In this document: in pieces, positions 46,983-55,738 of the stretch
How the letters are laid out: the number at the start of each line of letters is the position of its first letter
Numbering within the stretch: the stretch's first letter is position 1
DNA from: Fibrobacteria bacterium
GTDB taxonomy: Bacteria; Fibrobacterota; Fibrobacteria; UBA11236
Assembly (NCBI GenBank): GCA_043745805.1
Contig: JAYTSD010000040.1
Coordinates: 1 to 64,000, forward strand
DNA: 64,000 bases
Direction: 5' to 3'
Notes under the pieces: model-generated
Database searches by the model: none
Told to the model about the DNA's origin: nothing
What the model saw: only the letters and a program-made list of their open reading frames with translations
Made by a program: the position numbers and the translations under genes

Positions 46983-48562
46983 TTCTGTTCCTGCAATGTG
47001 AAATTTGAGACGTTTTCAATGTTTGATAAATCTTGCAATGCTGGCAAGGACACTAATTTTTCTATTAGTAACTTTGCCCATAGGTGAATATCTTCACTTT
47101 TGCGACGAAATTTCCAGCTCTGTTTTCCAATTTCTAGTACGATAGGGAATTCATGTTTTTCATCGTCAAGGAAAGTAGCAGAAACCTTTTCTAGTTGAGG
47201 AGGCTGAGGTTGCCATTCCTCATTATCGAGCTTTAAATAATTATGTCTTGCCCAGGAGTAGAGAACAGTTTTTTTTTCGGTTAGGCTATCGTTCTCTAAG
47301 TAAAGCAGAGCAGAGTCTAGTTCCATTTTTTCGACAATCTCACTCAGTTTCTGAAATAATTTTTCCGTCGATATGTTTTTAGGTAAATTTATAAGTAGAC
47401 GTCGCAGGGTTACAACTTTGTCTCTTGGAGTAAGTTTTCTCCGATTGATATTACGCAGGGAATGAAGATAATGTTTCCATTCAATGCTTCCTAAATACCA
47501 AACGGTCAAGGCCATGAGAAAAACCGCGAATAGATTTATTATCAATGCCCGATTTGAGTCCTTAACAAAATGTAACAGTAAAGCTACTCCACCAATTGCT
47601 AAGGTAACTCCCCATAGAATAAGTACGACATCGGGATGGCGAATACCCTTTTGCAATAGGCGATGATGAATATGAAATTTGTCGGCAAAACTGAAGGGTA
47701 ATCCATTTTGAGTTCGTCTTACCATCGCTAAAATAGTATCGAGAATGGGAATATAGAGCAGGCATAATGGGCCGACTAATGAAGCGACTAAAGATCCTTG
47801 TTGTGTTCCGTCAATGGATAGGGTAGCTAATAGGTAGCCTAATAGCAAGCTTCCGGAATCACCTAAAAATATTTTTGCCGGATGTCTATTATGAAATAGG
47901 AATCCGCAAGCGGCGCCTGCAGACACAAAAGCCAGCATGGCGGTTGCTAAATGGTTATTGCCAATAGATATAATACCTAACAGGCTAAAGGCTATGGCGG
48001 TAATACCGGAAGCCAACCCATCTAAGCCGTCAATAAGATTTACCGCATTGGTTGTGCCTATCATCCAAAATATGGTGAGACCGAGGCTAAGTACCCAGCC
48101 GAGCATACTGGTATGAGTTTCAAAGGAAGTGGAGGCCAATAGATTACTGCTGCGAAAGAGAATAAAATGAAATCCACCGTAAAAGGCTAAAAGACCTGCG
48201 AAGGTTTGAAAAATTAATTTGACGCGAGGTGTTAATCCCCGTATATCATCTACAGCTCCAGTTAGTAGTAGCAAGGTTGCACCTCCGGCGAGGCTTAAAC
48301 AGGGCTTTAAGTTTTGTAAAATTAATGCTCTGGCTGCTAATGAAAACAAAAAGACTAGACTTAAGGAAGCCATTATACCTGCGAATACAGCAATTCCACC
48401 AAGACGAGGTATAACTCGAGTATGTACCTTACGAGCATTGGGTTTATCGATAACTCCAAAATGCAATGACAAGCGGGCAACTATAGGAGTAAATATTCCC
48501 GTGGCAATACCTGCCCCAACGAATACTGCTCCACAAGCCCAATAGATACTACCTTGGATCAA
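46979..48562 (-). CDS. wecA: Undecaprenyl-phosphate GlcNAc-1-phosphate transferase (WecA/TagO type) with a C-terminal extension
   Basis: DKPNARKVH..IPRLGG, GAVDD, NAVNLIDGLDGLA, PAKIFLGDSGS, ADKFHIHHRL. TTG start after SD AAGGGAG. Confidence 0.88.
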   Translation of the reverse strand: MIQGSIYWACGAVFVGAGIATGIFTPIVARLSLHFGVIDKPNARKVHTRVIPRLGGIAVFAGIMASLSLVFLFSLAARALILQNLKPCLSLAGGATLLLLTGAVDDIRGLTPRVKLIFQTFAGLLAFYGGFHFILFRSSNLLASTSFETHTSMLGWVLSLGLTIFWMIGTTNAVNLIDGLDGLASGITAIAFSLLGIISIGNNHLATAMLAFVSAGAACGFLFHNRHPAKIFLGDSGSLLLGYLLATLSIDGTQQGSLVASLVGPLCLLYIPILDTILAMVRRTQNGLPFSFADKFHIHHRLLQKGIRHPDVVLILWGVTLAIGGVALLLHFVKDSNRALIINLFAVFLMALTVWYLGSIEWKHYLHSLRNINRRKLTPRDKVVTLRRLLINLPKNISTEKLFQKLSEIVEKMELDSALLYLENDSLTEKKTVLYSWARHNYLKLDNEEWQPQPPQLEKVSATFLDDEKHEFPIVLEIGKQSWKFRRKSEDIHLWAKLLIEKLVSLPALQDLSNIENVSNFTLQEQK

Positions 48563-48746
48563 GGCAAAGCTCCCTTTTTATTTAAAATAAAAGTATTAGA
48601 ACCCATATTTTTTTTGAACCTGCATAGATTGCTTTTTCATTTATTTCATGGCAAGGTAGAAAAGAACATTGTGGCTTGGTAATAATGCACTCAAGCCTTT
48701 TACGCCTTGCAGATAAGCAAATGAGTCAATAATGGAATTCGATTAA

Positions 48747-48774
48747 GTTTTTGTCACAATTTTGTGACAAAAAC
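48747..48774. promoter_or_regulatory. Perfect 13-bp inverted repeat upstream of the EPS locus (putative transcription-factor site)
   Basis: GTTTTTGTCACAA-TT-TTGTGACAAAAAC, about 185 nt upstream of the wecA start. Confidence 0.6.
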
Positions 48775-48993
48775 GGCAGATTTTAAAATCACATACTTGG
48801 CAATGATGAATATTTGATTTGTTTTCGCTAAAAATTAAGGCTAAATGATTTTTTTAACAAAAAAAAGTTCAAAAAAACAAAAATTTAACAAAATATTGCA
48901 TACCAGTTACATAGATGTTTCCACTTTAAACCCTACGAAAAACAGCCTAAATCCCCATTTTATTGGGTGCAATGACCTCGGTTTTATGCGTTA

Positions 48994-51165
48994 TTATTGC
49001 GCATTGATTAATAAAGTTTGGTGGAAAGAATTTTGTTGGTACTTAACAATTCGTAAACCTTGCTGGGAATGAGAAAGAGGGAAAATAAATAAACCTTTTC
49101 CCCGCCCCACTAGCTTAGCTAACTCCTTTCCCTTGAGGTCAAAGAGTTTTAATTGAAATTCGCTGGTTTGATTTGATGTAACATAAAGGTTTTCCTTTTG
49201 ATATTGAATGGAAAAAGCATGTGAATATTTCTTGGGAAGATTTACGCTCAATGGAGGTGGCCAGTTCGTCGAGGATAACGGCAATGTTACGGGTCGATTT
49301 TGTGGAGGCGCTTCATTTGCTTGCAAGGGATAAAGCCAAATTGAAATTGTTGATTTTAAGGAGTTGGTAATATGCAGCGCCAATACGGAGACCAAACTAT
49401 TTTTGTTTTGCAAGGACGGATTTGGAGTGCCTGATAATGGATTAGCTGCAAAAGAAGTAAACCGGACTTGATTATTTGAAGGACTGAGTAAACAAATCCA
49501 AAGGCGCTTTTTGTTTTGAGTTAAAATAGCGCTTTGTCCATCAGCAGCGATACTGACTAAAGCTTCGGTATGCATTTGCCACCAAACATCTCCAGTGGTT
49601 TTTAATTGAACTTCATCTTGAATCAAAGCACTCAGTCCATTTTGCAAAGAGACCCCTCTTAATACTTCGCTCGCTTCATTTTGATAGGCCGATGTGATAT
49701 TGCCAATAGCCGCTTGATGGGTAGAATCGAAATGAATAATGCGGCTTTCTAGTCCGTCGGATTGATCTTTTTTAAGGTTAGGATTAAGGGTTAAAGTATT
49801 GTGTCCTTCAGCTCTAATACGATAGTATGTGAAACGAGTCGTGCTATCAAAGTAGTCCGTAAAATAATTGGGAAGATCATAACCATCTGGGCCTAAGTCC
49901 AATGCCCAGCGCACTCCCGAGGCTTCATAAACGAAACTTCCAGCATCCAAATGGGAATGATTGTTTTTTACACTACTACTTTTCAAGGCCAAATAGGAAG
50001 CATTACTGTCTAGCCATGCCGATCGAAAAATGGCCAATTCAGGTCCACGAAAATATTTTGCTAAGGGGAGGGTTATTGGGCTTACCGTTTCCGCTTCAGA
50101 ATCATACCAGAGTAGGTTAAGAACATGCGGTTCTAAATGCTTTAGAGCAAACCAAGAAAATAAATGTTGATGATAGGCTAAGGCATATCCAGCCATCCAA
50201 AAGGGATAAATTTTATCTTCATGCGCATCACCAAAATTAAACATTTTTCCGGTTGGCCCCTCACTGTAAATTGGGAAGAATCCTGTTTCAGGTAAGCCAG
50301 CTACTTGGGACAAATCAAAATCTTCAACTAAGGCGGATTTTAAAGAGGCAAATAAAATGGATAAATATTGGCTAGCATAACTCCAATATCCAATACCCTC
50401 AGCATAAGCGCCATCGGGCGAAAAAGCATCTAAAGCGTGCGAATGTTGCAGGGATAGTAAAGCTTTTTGTAAAACATCTTGCGTGGCGGTGTCCTCTTTA
50501 CCAATGGCTAACGCGGCTAAGGCTAGTCCGCTATTACAAACCACATTCCAATTCGAAGTGGAATTTACCCAAAAGTCAGGCTTATTGAATTCTTCTATGG
50601 CGGGTAGAAATGCTTTATTCTTGATGGCCATGCGTAGTGTGTTGCGTTGATCAGGAGTAGAAAAAGTATAAAGCCAATCGTAACCAATAGCAAACGCATG
50701 TGCCATTTCGGCTACATCCAAAAAATGACTCGGATTCCAGTCCACAAATCGGGAAGCATTTTCCAGCTCATTCCATGCGCGCGTTGCATATTTTTGATTT
50801 TCATCATAGTGGGCAAAAAAAGCAAACAAATAAATTCTCTCCAAAATTGTTCGACTCACAAGGAGTATAGATCCCGACGATTTAACATACGGGACAACCG
50901 GTAAAGCGTAAATGCTATCCGCTTTTTTACGCATAAAATTTATAGCAAGTTGTAAAGGCAAACTATTTTTTACTTGGACTTTCAAAATTTTGATAGAGGA
51001 ATCGTTTAATATCAGTCGAGGATGCGTTGATTTTAAATTATCAAAAAGAGCATTCGCATTTGGTGGAATTGGGCGCGCCTCTGGGGAGAATAGGTAAGCT
51101 GAAAATAACAAAATGTAAGTAGCCATTTGCCAAAATTTGAAGGAAGCGACTTTGAGAAAATCCAT
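48994..51165 (-). CDS. Secreted heparinase II/III-family polysaccharide lyase-like protein with a T9SS-type C-terminal domain
   Basis: HPRL, WNPSHFLDVAEM, IGYDWLY, NWNVVCN, DGAYAEGIGYWSY, FNFGDA, HSHLDAGSF, AEGHNTL; tail LKLFDLKGKE. Confidence 0.82.
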   Translation of the reverse strand: MDFLKVASFKFWQMATYILLFSAYLFSPEARPIPPNANALFDNLKSTHPRLILNDSSIKILKVQVKNSLPLQLAINFMRKKADSIYALPVVPYVKSSGSILLVSRTILERIYLFAFFAHYDENQKYATRAWNELENASRFVDWNPSHFLDVAEMAHAFAIGYDWLYTFSTPDQRNTLRMAIKNKAFLPAIEEFNKPDFWVNSTSNWNVVCNSGLALAALAIGKEDTATQDVLQKALLSLQHSHALDAFSPDGAYAEGIGYWSYASQYLSILFASLKSALVEDFDLSQVAGLPETGFFPIYSEGPTGKMFNFGDAHEDKIYPFWMAGYALAYHQHLFSWFALKHLEPHVLNLLWYDSEAETVSPITLPLAKYFRGPELAIFRSAWLDSNASYLALKSSSVKNNHSHLDAGSFVYEASGVRWALDLGPDGYDLPNYFTDYFDSTTRFTYYRIRAEGHNTLTLNPNLKKDQSDGLESRIIHFDSTHQAAIGNITSAYQNEASEVLRGVSLQNGLSALIQDEVQLKTTGDVWWQMHTEALVSIAADGQSAILTQNKKRLWICLLSPSNNQVRFTSFAANPLSGTPNPSLQNKNSLVSVLALHITNSLKSTISIWLYPLQANEAPPQNRPVTLPLSSTNWPPPLSVNLPKKYSHAFSIQYQKENLYVTSNQTSEFQLKLFDLKGKELAKLVGRGKGLFIFPLSHSQQGLRIVKYQQNSFHQTLLINAQ

Positions 51166-51295
51166 ACTTTAGTATACCCGGATAAACATTAAAAGGGTGC
51201 AGATTATTTGCAGGCTAATAACTGTAAATCACTTTTTAGAGTCAATTTTCTAGTGTCAAAACGACAAAAACGCTTTTTTGGGTGAAATTATAACT

Positions 51296-51343
51296 TTAAG
51301 ATTAAGTCTCAATCTTGATTTTCAGCCGAACGCGAGTTATCAT
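51296..51343 (+). promoter_or_regulatory. feoAB promoter with an adjacent Fur-box-like imperfect palindrome
   Basis: TTAAGATTAAGTCTCAA (51296-51312; 6 of 8 pairs), then TTGATT (51315-20), 17 nt, TATCAT (51338-43). Confidence 0.55.
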
Positions 51344-51349
51344 TGCTTT

Positions 51350-51583
51350 ATGACCTACGATTTGACTTTAGATATGCTTAAAACCATGCAAATAGCCGAG
51401 GTGGCTAAAATTTCTGCGGGGCCGGTTTTGAAAAAGCATTTAATGGAATTGGGATTTGTAGAGGGCAGCCCGATTCAATTTCTCATGTCAACACCTTTTG
51501 GCGATCCCAATATTTATTCATTGCGAGGCACTTCCATTGCTTTGCGAAAAAGCGAAGCTAAATGCATTCACGTGACAGTTTGA
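51350..51583 (+). CDS. feoA: Ferrous iron transport protein A
   Basis: HLMELGFVEG..TPFGDP..LRGTSIALRKSEA. Start taken as ATG 51350. Confidence 0.92.
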   Translation: MTYDLTLDMLKTMQIAEVAKISAGPVLKKHLMELGFVEGSPIQFLMSTPFGDPNIYSLRGTSIALRKSEAKCIHVTV

Positions 51584-53520
51584 CATCATTCGAAAAAAAA
51601 TCATCACCTAAAAATATCCAGCAAGGACCGCTAATTGCTTTGGTAGGTTCCGCTAATTCCGGTAAGACTACGCTATTCAATTTATTAACAGGTTCACATT
51701 ATAGCACGGTGAATTATCCGGGTGCTACAGTGGAATACACTTTGGGCCAAGTTAAATTCGATAAAACTTGCCGAGTCATGGACACACCAGGGTTAACGAG
51801 TTTGTTACCCTCCTCTCCGGATGAAAAAGTTACCGTAGAATCTTTATTTGATAGGGAAAAGCCTGATCTTATTTTGGCTGTGGTCGATGCAACCCAATTA
51901 TCACGACATTTATATTTGGTGCGACAGCTCAAAGAATTTGGCTTCAATGTGGTTTTAGCGGTGACCATGTTGGATTTGTTGGAAGCACGCGGGCAAGCAT
52001 TAAATATAGCGCGGCTTTCCGAAATGCTGGAGTTACCGGTAATAGGCGTGGATCCGCGTTCCAAGCAGGACTTTAAAGCTTTAGCGAGTTTACTGTCGAG
52101 TAAGCTACTTTTGTCGGCAACTTTACATAAGCGTTATGCGGACTTCGCGCAGGAAATGACGGAAGAGCGGATTACCCAATATTATCAGGCCTTGGATGCG
52201 ATTGAAAAAATGGTCATGGTACAAAACAAAACCATTCCAGTTCCCAAAAAAAGCATAGATAATTGGCTGTTACATCCGGTTTTTGGACTAGTGATTTTTT
52301 TGGCGGCCATGTTTGCTATTTTCACTTCGATTTTTTGGTTAGCCACTCCATTTATGGATGCTATCGATAGTGTTTTTAGTTTCAGTATCACTTTTGCGAA
52401 AACGCATTTGCCCCAATCTTGGATCGTCGATATGTTCGCGGATGGTTTAGTAGGCGGAATCGGTGCGGTTTCAGTTTTTTTACCGCAAATAATAATTCTC
52501 TTTTTTTGCATGGGTTACTTGGAAGATTCAGGGTATCTTGCACGTGGTGCGGCTTTGGTGGATAAGCCGCTTTCCAAAATAGGTCTCAATGGGAAATCTT
52601 TTGTGCCTTTACTTTCTGGTTATGCTTGCGCAATTCCTGCCATTATGGCGGCCCGTACTATTCCCAATCGCTTTGAGCGCATGCTCACCATTTTTATAAT
52701 TCCCCTCATGAGTTGTAGCGCACGTCTGCCGGTATACACTTTGATGCTGGCATTTTTGACGCCTCACGATAAACCTTGGATAGGTGGCTTGGCATTGACG
52801 GGACTTTATCTCATGGGCATTACTATGGGCGCCATAGTGTCTACGGTGATCAGTAAATTTTTGTCGCGTCGCGAAGTTTCGGGTTTTATTTTGGAATTGC
52901 CTGCTTTGCGTAAGCCGGTTTTCCGTGTAGTGGTTTTATCGACTTATCATAAGGCCAAACAATACATTCAAAAAGCCGGCATGACTATTGTGATTATTTC
53001 CTTATCACTTTGGGTATTGACGCATACGCCGCCCCAAAATATGGGTAAGACAGTAAATGTTAATTCGGAAGTTGTTTCGGAATATGTTGCTGTGTCTCAT
53101 TCTTATGCGGCGCAACTTGGACATATTTTAGAACCCATTACTAAACCCATGGGTCTCGATTGGCGCGGTGGAGTGGCCATGATTAGTGGCTTTGCCGCCC
53201 GTGAAGTTTTTGTGAGTGCTTTGGCTTTAATGTATCGCATTGAAGATCAAGATCAAAAAGGTTTGGAGAAAAAAATTCTCGCTCGGATGTCAGAAGTGAA
53301 GTTTGAAAATTCGGATCAAAAGGTCTTTACTTTATCTTCGGTTTTGGGAATTATTCTTTTCTTTATGATAGCCTTACAATGTTTTCCTACCGTGGCTATT
53401 GCGCGTAAAGAGATGGGGAATTGGAAAATTCCTTTATTGCAATTGGTGATTTATACCGGTGGAGCTTATGCTTTAACAGTGATTTTGGTACAAGGTTTAA
53501 GGGCTTTAGGGTTACCGTAA
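51562..53520 (+). CDS. feoB: Ferrous iron transport protein B
   Basis: GSANSGKTTLFN, NYPGATVE, DTPG, LEDSGYLAR, MSCSARLPVY, GFAAREVFV. An alternative in-frame TTG start at 51580 overlaps the feoA stop. Confidence 0.95.
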   Translation: MHSRDSLTSFEKKSSPKNIQQGPLIALVGSANSGKTTLFNLLTGSHYSTVNYPGATVEYTLGQVKFDKTCRVMDTPGLTSLLPSSPDEKVTVESLFDREKPDLILAVVDATQLSRHLYLVRQLKEFGFNVVLAVTMLDLLEARGQALNIARLSEMLELPVIGVDPRSKQDFKALASLLSSKLLLSATLHKRYADFAQEMTEERITQYYQALDAIEKMVMVQNKTIPVPKKSIDNWLLHPVFGLVIFLAAMFAIFTSIFWLATPFMDAIDSVFSFSITFAKTHLPQSWIVDMFADGLVGGIGAVSVFLPQIIILFFCMGYLEDSGYLARGAALVDKPLSKIGLNGKSFVPLLSGYACAIPAIMAARTIPNRFERMLTIFIIPLMSCSARLPVYTLMLAFLTPHDKPWIGGLALTGLYLMGITMGAIVSTVISKFLSRREVSGFILELPALRKPVFRVVVLSTYHKAKQYIQKAGMTIVIISLSLWVLTHTPPQNMGKTVNVNSEVVSEYVAVSHSYAAQLGHILEPITKPMGLDWRGGVAMISGFAAREVFVSALALMYRIEDQDQKGLEKKILARMSEVKFENSDQKVFTLSSVLGIILFFMIALQCFPTVAIARKEMGNWKIPLLQLVIYTGGAYALTVILVQGLRALGLP

Positions 53521-53561
53521 CTTACAGATAAAAATAGTGCAGGAGGTCTTTAATCATTGAA

Positions 53562-55700
53562 TTAAAGTGTTTTAGCGAGTCGCCAAGCTCGCATTAAAGC
53601 ATAAGCTTTTAACCAAGACTCGGCATATTCATTTGTTTCCTCCGACTCCAATAGTATAGCGCCGCCACAACCTATAGTGGCTTTATTTCCTTCGAGGCAA
53701 ATGGTGCGTATAACAATGGAAAAATCTAAATCGCCTTTAAATGCCATATAACCTAGCGCTCCGGAAAACACTTCGCGGCGGCGTTTTTCTAATGCCTCTA
53801 AAATTTCTAAGGTGCGAAGTTTCGGTGCGCCGGTCATAGAGCCACCTGGAAAACAAGCCCGTACAGCATCGAGGCCGGTGTATTCAGGAGAGAGCTTGCC
53901 TTGAATTTCGGAAACCAATTGCCATACAGTGGGATGCGCTTCCGCTTGTAAAAAAGAGGGAACTTGTACGCTACCTACTTCGCATACTTTACCAAAATCA
54001 TTACGTAATAAATCAGTGATCATTAAATTTTCGGAACGCTCTTTGACACTATTTACTAATTCATCACGATTTTTTTCATCCTCGCTGGTATTAGATCCAC
54101 GACTGCGTGTTCCTTTGATCGGCTTACTGCTGAGTCGATCATTCTCTAATTTTAAAAAACGCTCCGGGGAAACCGATAGTATCGCTCCACCAGGAATTTG
54201 TAAATAAGCGGAATATGGAGCCGGATTGATTTTGCGAAGGAGGCGATAAGTTTGAAAGGGATCGGATATTCCGCTGCCACGAAGCTCTTGCGTTAAGCAA
54301 GCTTCATAACTTTCACCCGCTTGCAAAAGCATCTTTATTTTTTTGATTTTAGAAAAATATTCTTCTTGTGTTCCATCTGGTTTCCATTCGGGAAACGCCA
54401 TGGCGATATTATTGGGAAGCGCTTCGTTTTTTATTTCCGGTAAAGGTTTAAGCGGAGATAGCATAGGCCAAGCTTGCTGCAAAAATTTAAACCAGGTTAT
54501 AGCCTGTGCTTGAATATCCGCAGGAATTTTTATGCTATCCCCTTCGGCAGGGCAAGCAAATACCGCGAAGACTTTTTTCTGTTCGCGATCAAAGCCCAAC
54601 ATTTTTTCGGTTTCAAAAAACAGGGCATCAGGCCAAAAGGAGTTTGCTGAAGTCGGCAGGGTTTTGCTTCCCGTGAACTCGCGCATTTCATATCCAAAAT
54701 AACCGACTAAACCTCCATTAAATGCAAACGGTAAAGCGGGTCCGGCAACAATTTTTGCTGTGGATCTTTGTTGCATATAAGTTTTGAGTAGAAAAAAGGG
54801 ATCGCCTTTTACTCGATGTTCGGAAGGAATAGGGTCCAATTTTCGAAACACAGTTTCTTTACCGCGCGTTTCTATAACCTTTGCCGCTTCTCCCATAAAG
54901 CTAAACCGATTACGATGTAACTCTGGTTGCGGTGCTTCGCCATCTAACCAAAAGGCATGAGATGCTTTTTGAAAAAGATGAGCAAAGACCTGTTCTGGTT
55001 CTTGCCAAGGTAATTCTAATGTGAAAATGTCGGGAGCAAACTCGGGTTCTTTATGGATTAAAGGAAACTTAGCGGTAACGGGAGAAAAAGTAGTTTGTGG
55101 GGCATTTTCGCTGAGCCAATTTTGGACAAGAGTCACAAAATTATTCAGGATTTTTTTTCCTAAAGGCGTTCCAATACTTTCGGGATGAAATTGTACTCCG
55201 TAACTTGGACGTTGTTTCCATTGAATGCCCATAATTTGTTGGTCTTCGGAAAAGGCAATAGTTTCCAAATGAACTGGTAGAGTGTGAGCATCAATCACCA
55301 AAGAATGATAGCGTGTGGCGGCAAAGGGTGAAGGAAGGTCATGAAAAAGTTTATGTCCCTGATGGAAAACTTGGGTAACCTTCCCGTGACAGGGTTCAGG
55401 AGCCGCAATAATCTTGGCTCCGGCACAAAGCCCCAAACCTTGATGTCCGAGGCAAACACCCAGTAATGGTGTATTGGCATAGTGATGAATGACTTCCGCA
55501 CAAACTCCAAAATCCCGTGCATTTTCGGGATGGCCAGGGCCAGGAGAAATGACAATGGCTTGAAAATTAAAACGCTGAATTTCTTTTAAGGTAAAAGCAT
55601 TATTCTTAATCAGTAAAGGTTTTTCGCCGCAGATTTCCCAAAGATACTGATAGAGTATATAGGTAAAGGAGTCATAATTATCGATTAATAAAATCTTCAT
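53562..55700 (-). CDS. pabAB: Fused aminodeoxychorismate synthase (GATase plus component I)
   Basis: IDNYDSFT, SPGPG, GVCLGHQ, RYHSL, QFHPES; GESYEACLT, SPERFL, PIKGT, SENLMITDLLRND, FPGGSMTGAPK. Confidence 0.9.
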   Translation of the reverse strand: MKILLIDNYDSFTYILYQYLWEICGEKPLLIKNNAFTLKEIQRFNFQAIVISPGPGHPENARDFGVCAEVIHHYANTPLLGVCLGHQGLGLCAGAKIIAAPEPCHGKVTQVFHQGHKLFHDLPSPFAATRYHSLVIDAHTLPVHLETIAFSEDQQIMGIQWKQRPSYGVQFHPESIGTPLGKKILNNFVTLVQNWLSENAPQTTFSPVTAKFPLIHKEPEFAPDIFTLELPWQEPEQVFAHLFQKASHAFWLDGEAPQPELHRNRFSFMGEAAKVIETRGKETVFRKLDPIPSEHRVKGDPFFLLKTYMQQRSTAKIVAGPALPFAFNGGLVGYFGYEMREFTGSKTLPTSANSFWPDALFFETEKMLGFDREQKKVFAVFACPAEGDSIKIPADIQAQAITWFKFLQQAWPMLSPLKPLPEIKNEALPNNIAMAFPEWKPDGTQEEYFSKIKKIKMLLQAGESYEACLTQELRGSGISDPFQTYRLLRKINPAPYSAYLQIPGGAILSVSPERFLKLENDRLSSKPIKGTRSRGSNTSEDEKNRDELVNSVKERSENLMITDLLRNDFGKVCEVGSVQVPSFLQAEAHPTVWQLVSEIQGKLSPEYTGLDAVRACFPGGSMTGAPKLRTLEILEALEKRRREVFSGALGYMAFKGDLDFSIVIRTICLEGNKATIGCGGAILLESEETNEYAESWLKAYALMRAWRLAKTL

Positions 55701-55738
55701 GATTCCTTAGGAGTTAATGCCACTGTAAATGTAAAGGC

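Larger units (their letters stand above)
23137..48562 (-). other. Wzx/Wzy-dependent exopolysaccharide locus ending in a desaturase x2 / ACP / GNAT / FAAL lipid cassette
   Basis: From wecA to wzx the genes overlap or are separated by fewer than 20 nt. A 122-nt gap precedes the desaturases, and all genes are co-oriented except 26088-27524. Confidence 0.85.

Noticed and set aside
48563-48993. ops/JUMPstart element or sigma54 promoter for the long EPS operon
   Set aside because: No GGCGGTAG and no correctly spaced TGGC-N-TTGC (-24/-12) were found on the minus strand.
51278-51349. Extended feoA N-terminus from TTG 51278
   Set aside because: It covers the predicted promoter and Fur-like box and gives an atypically long FeoA.
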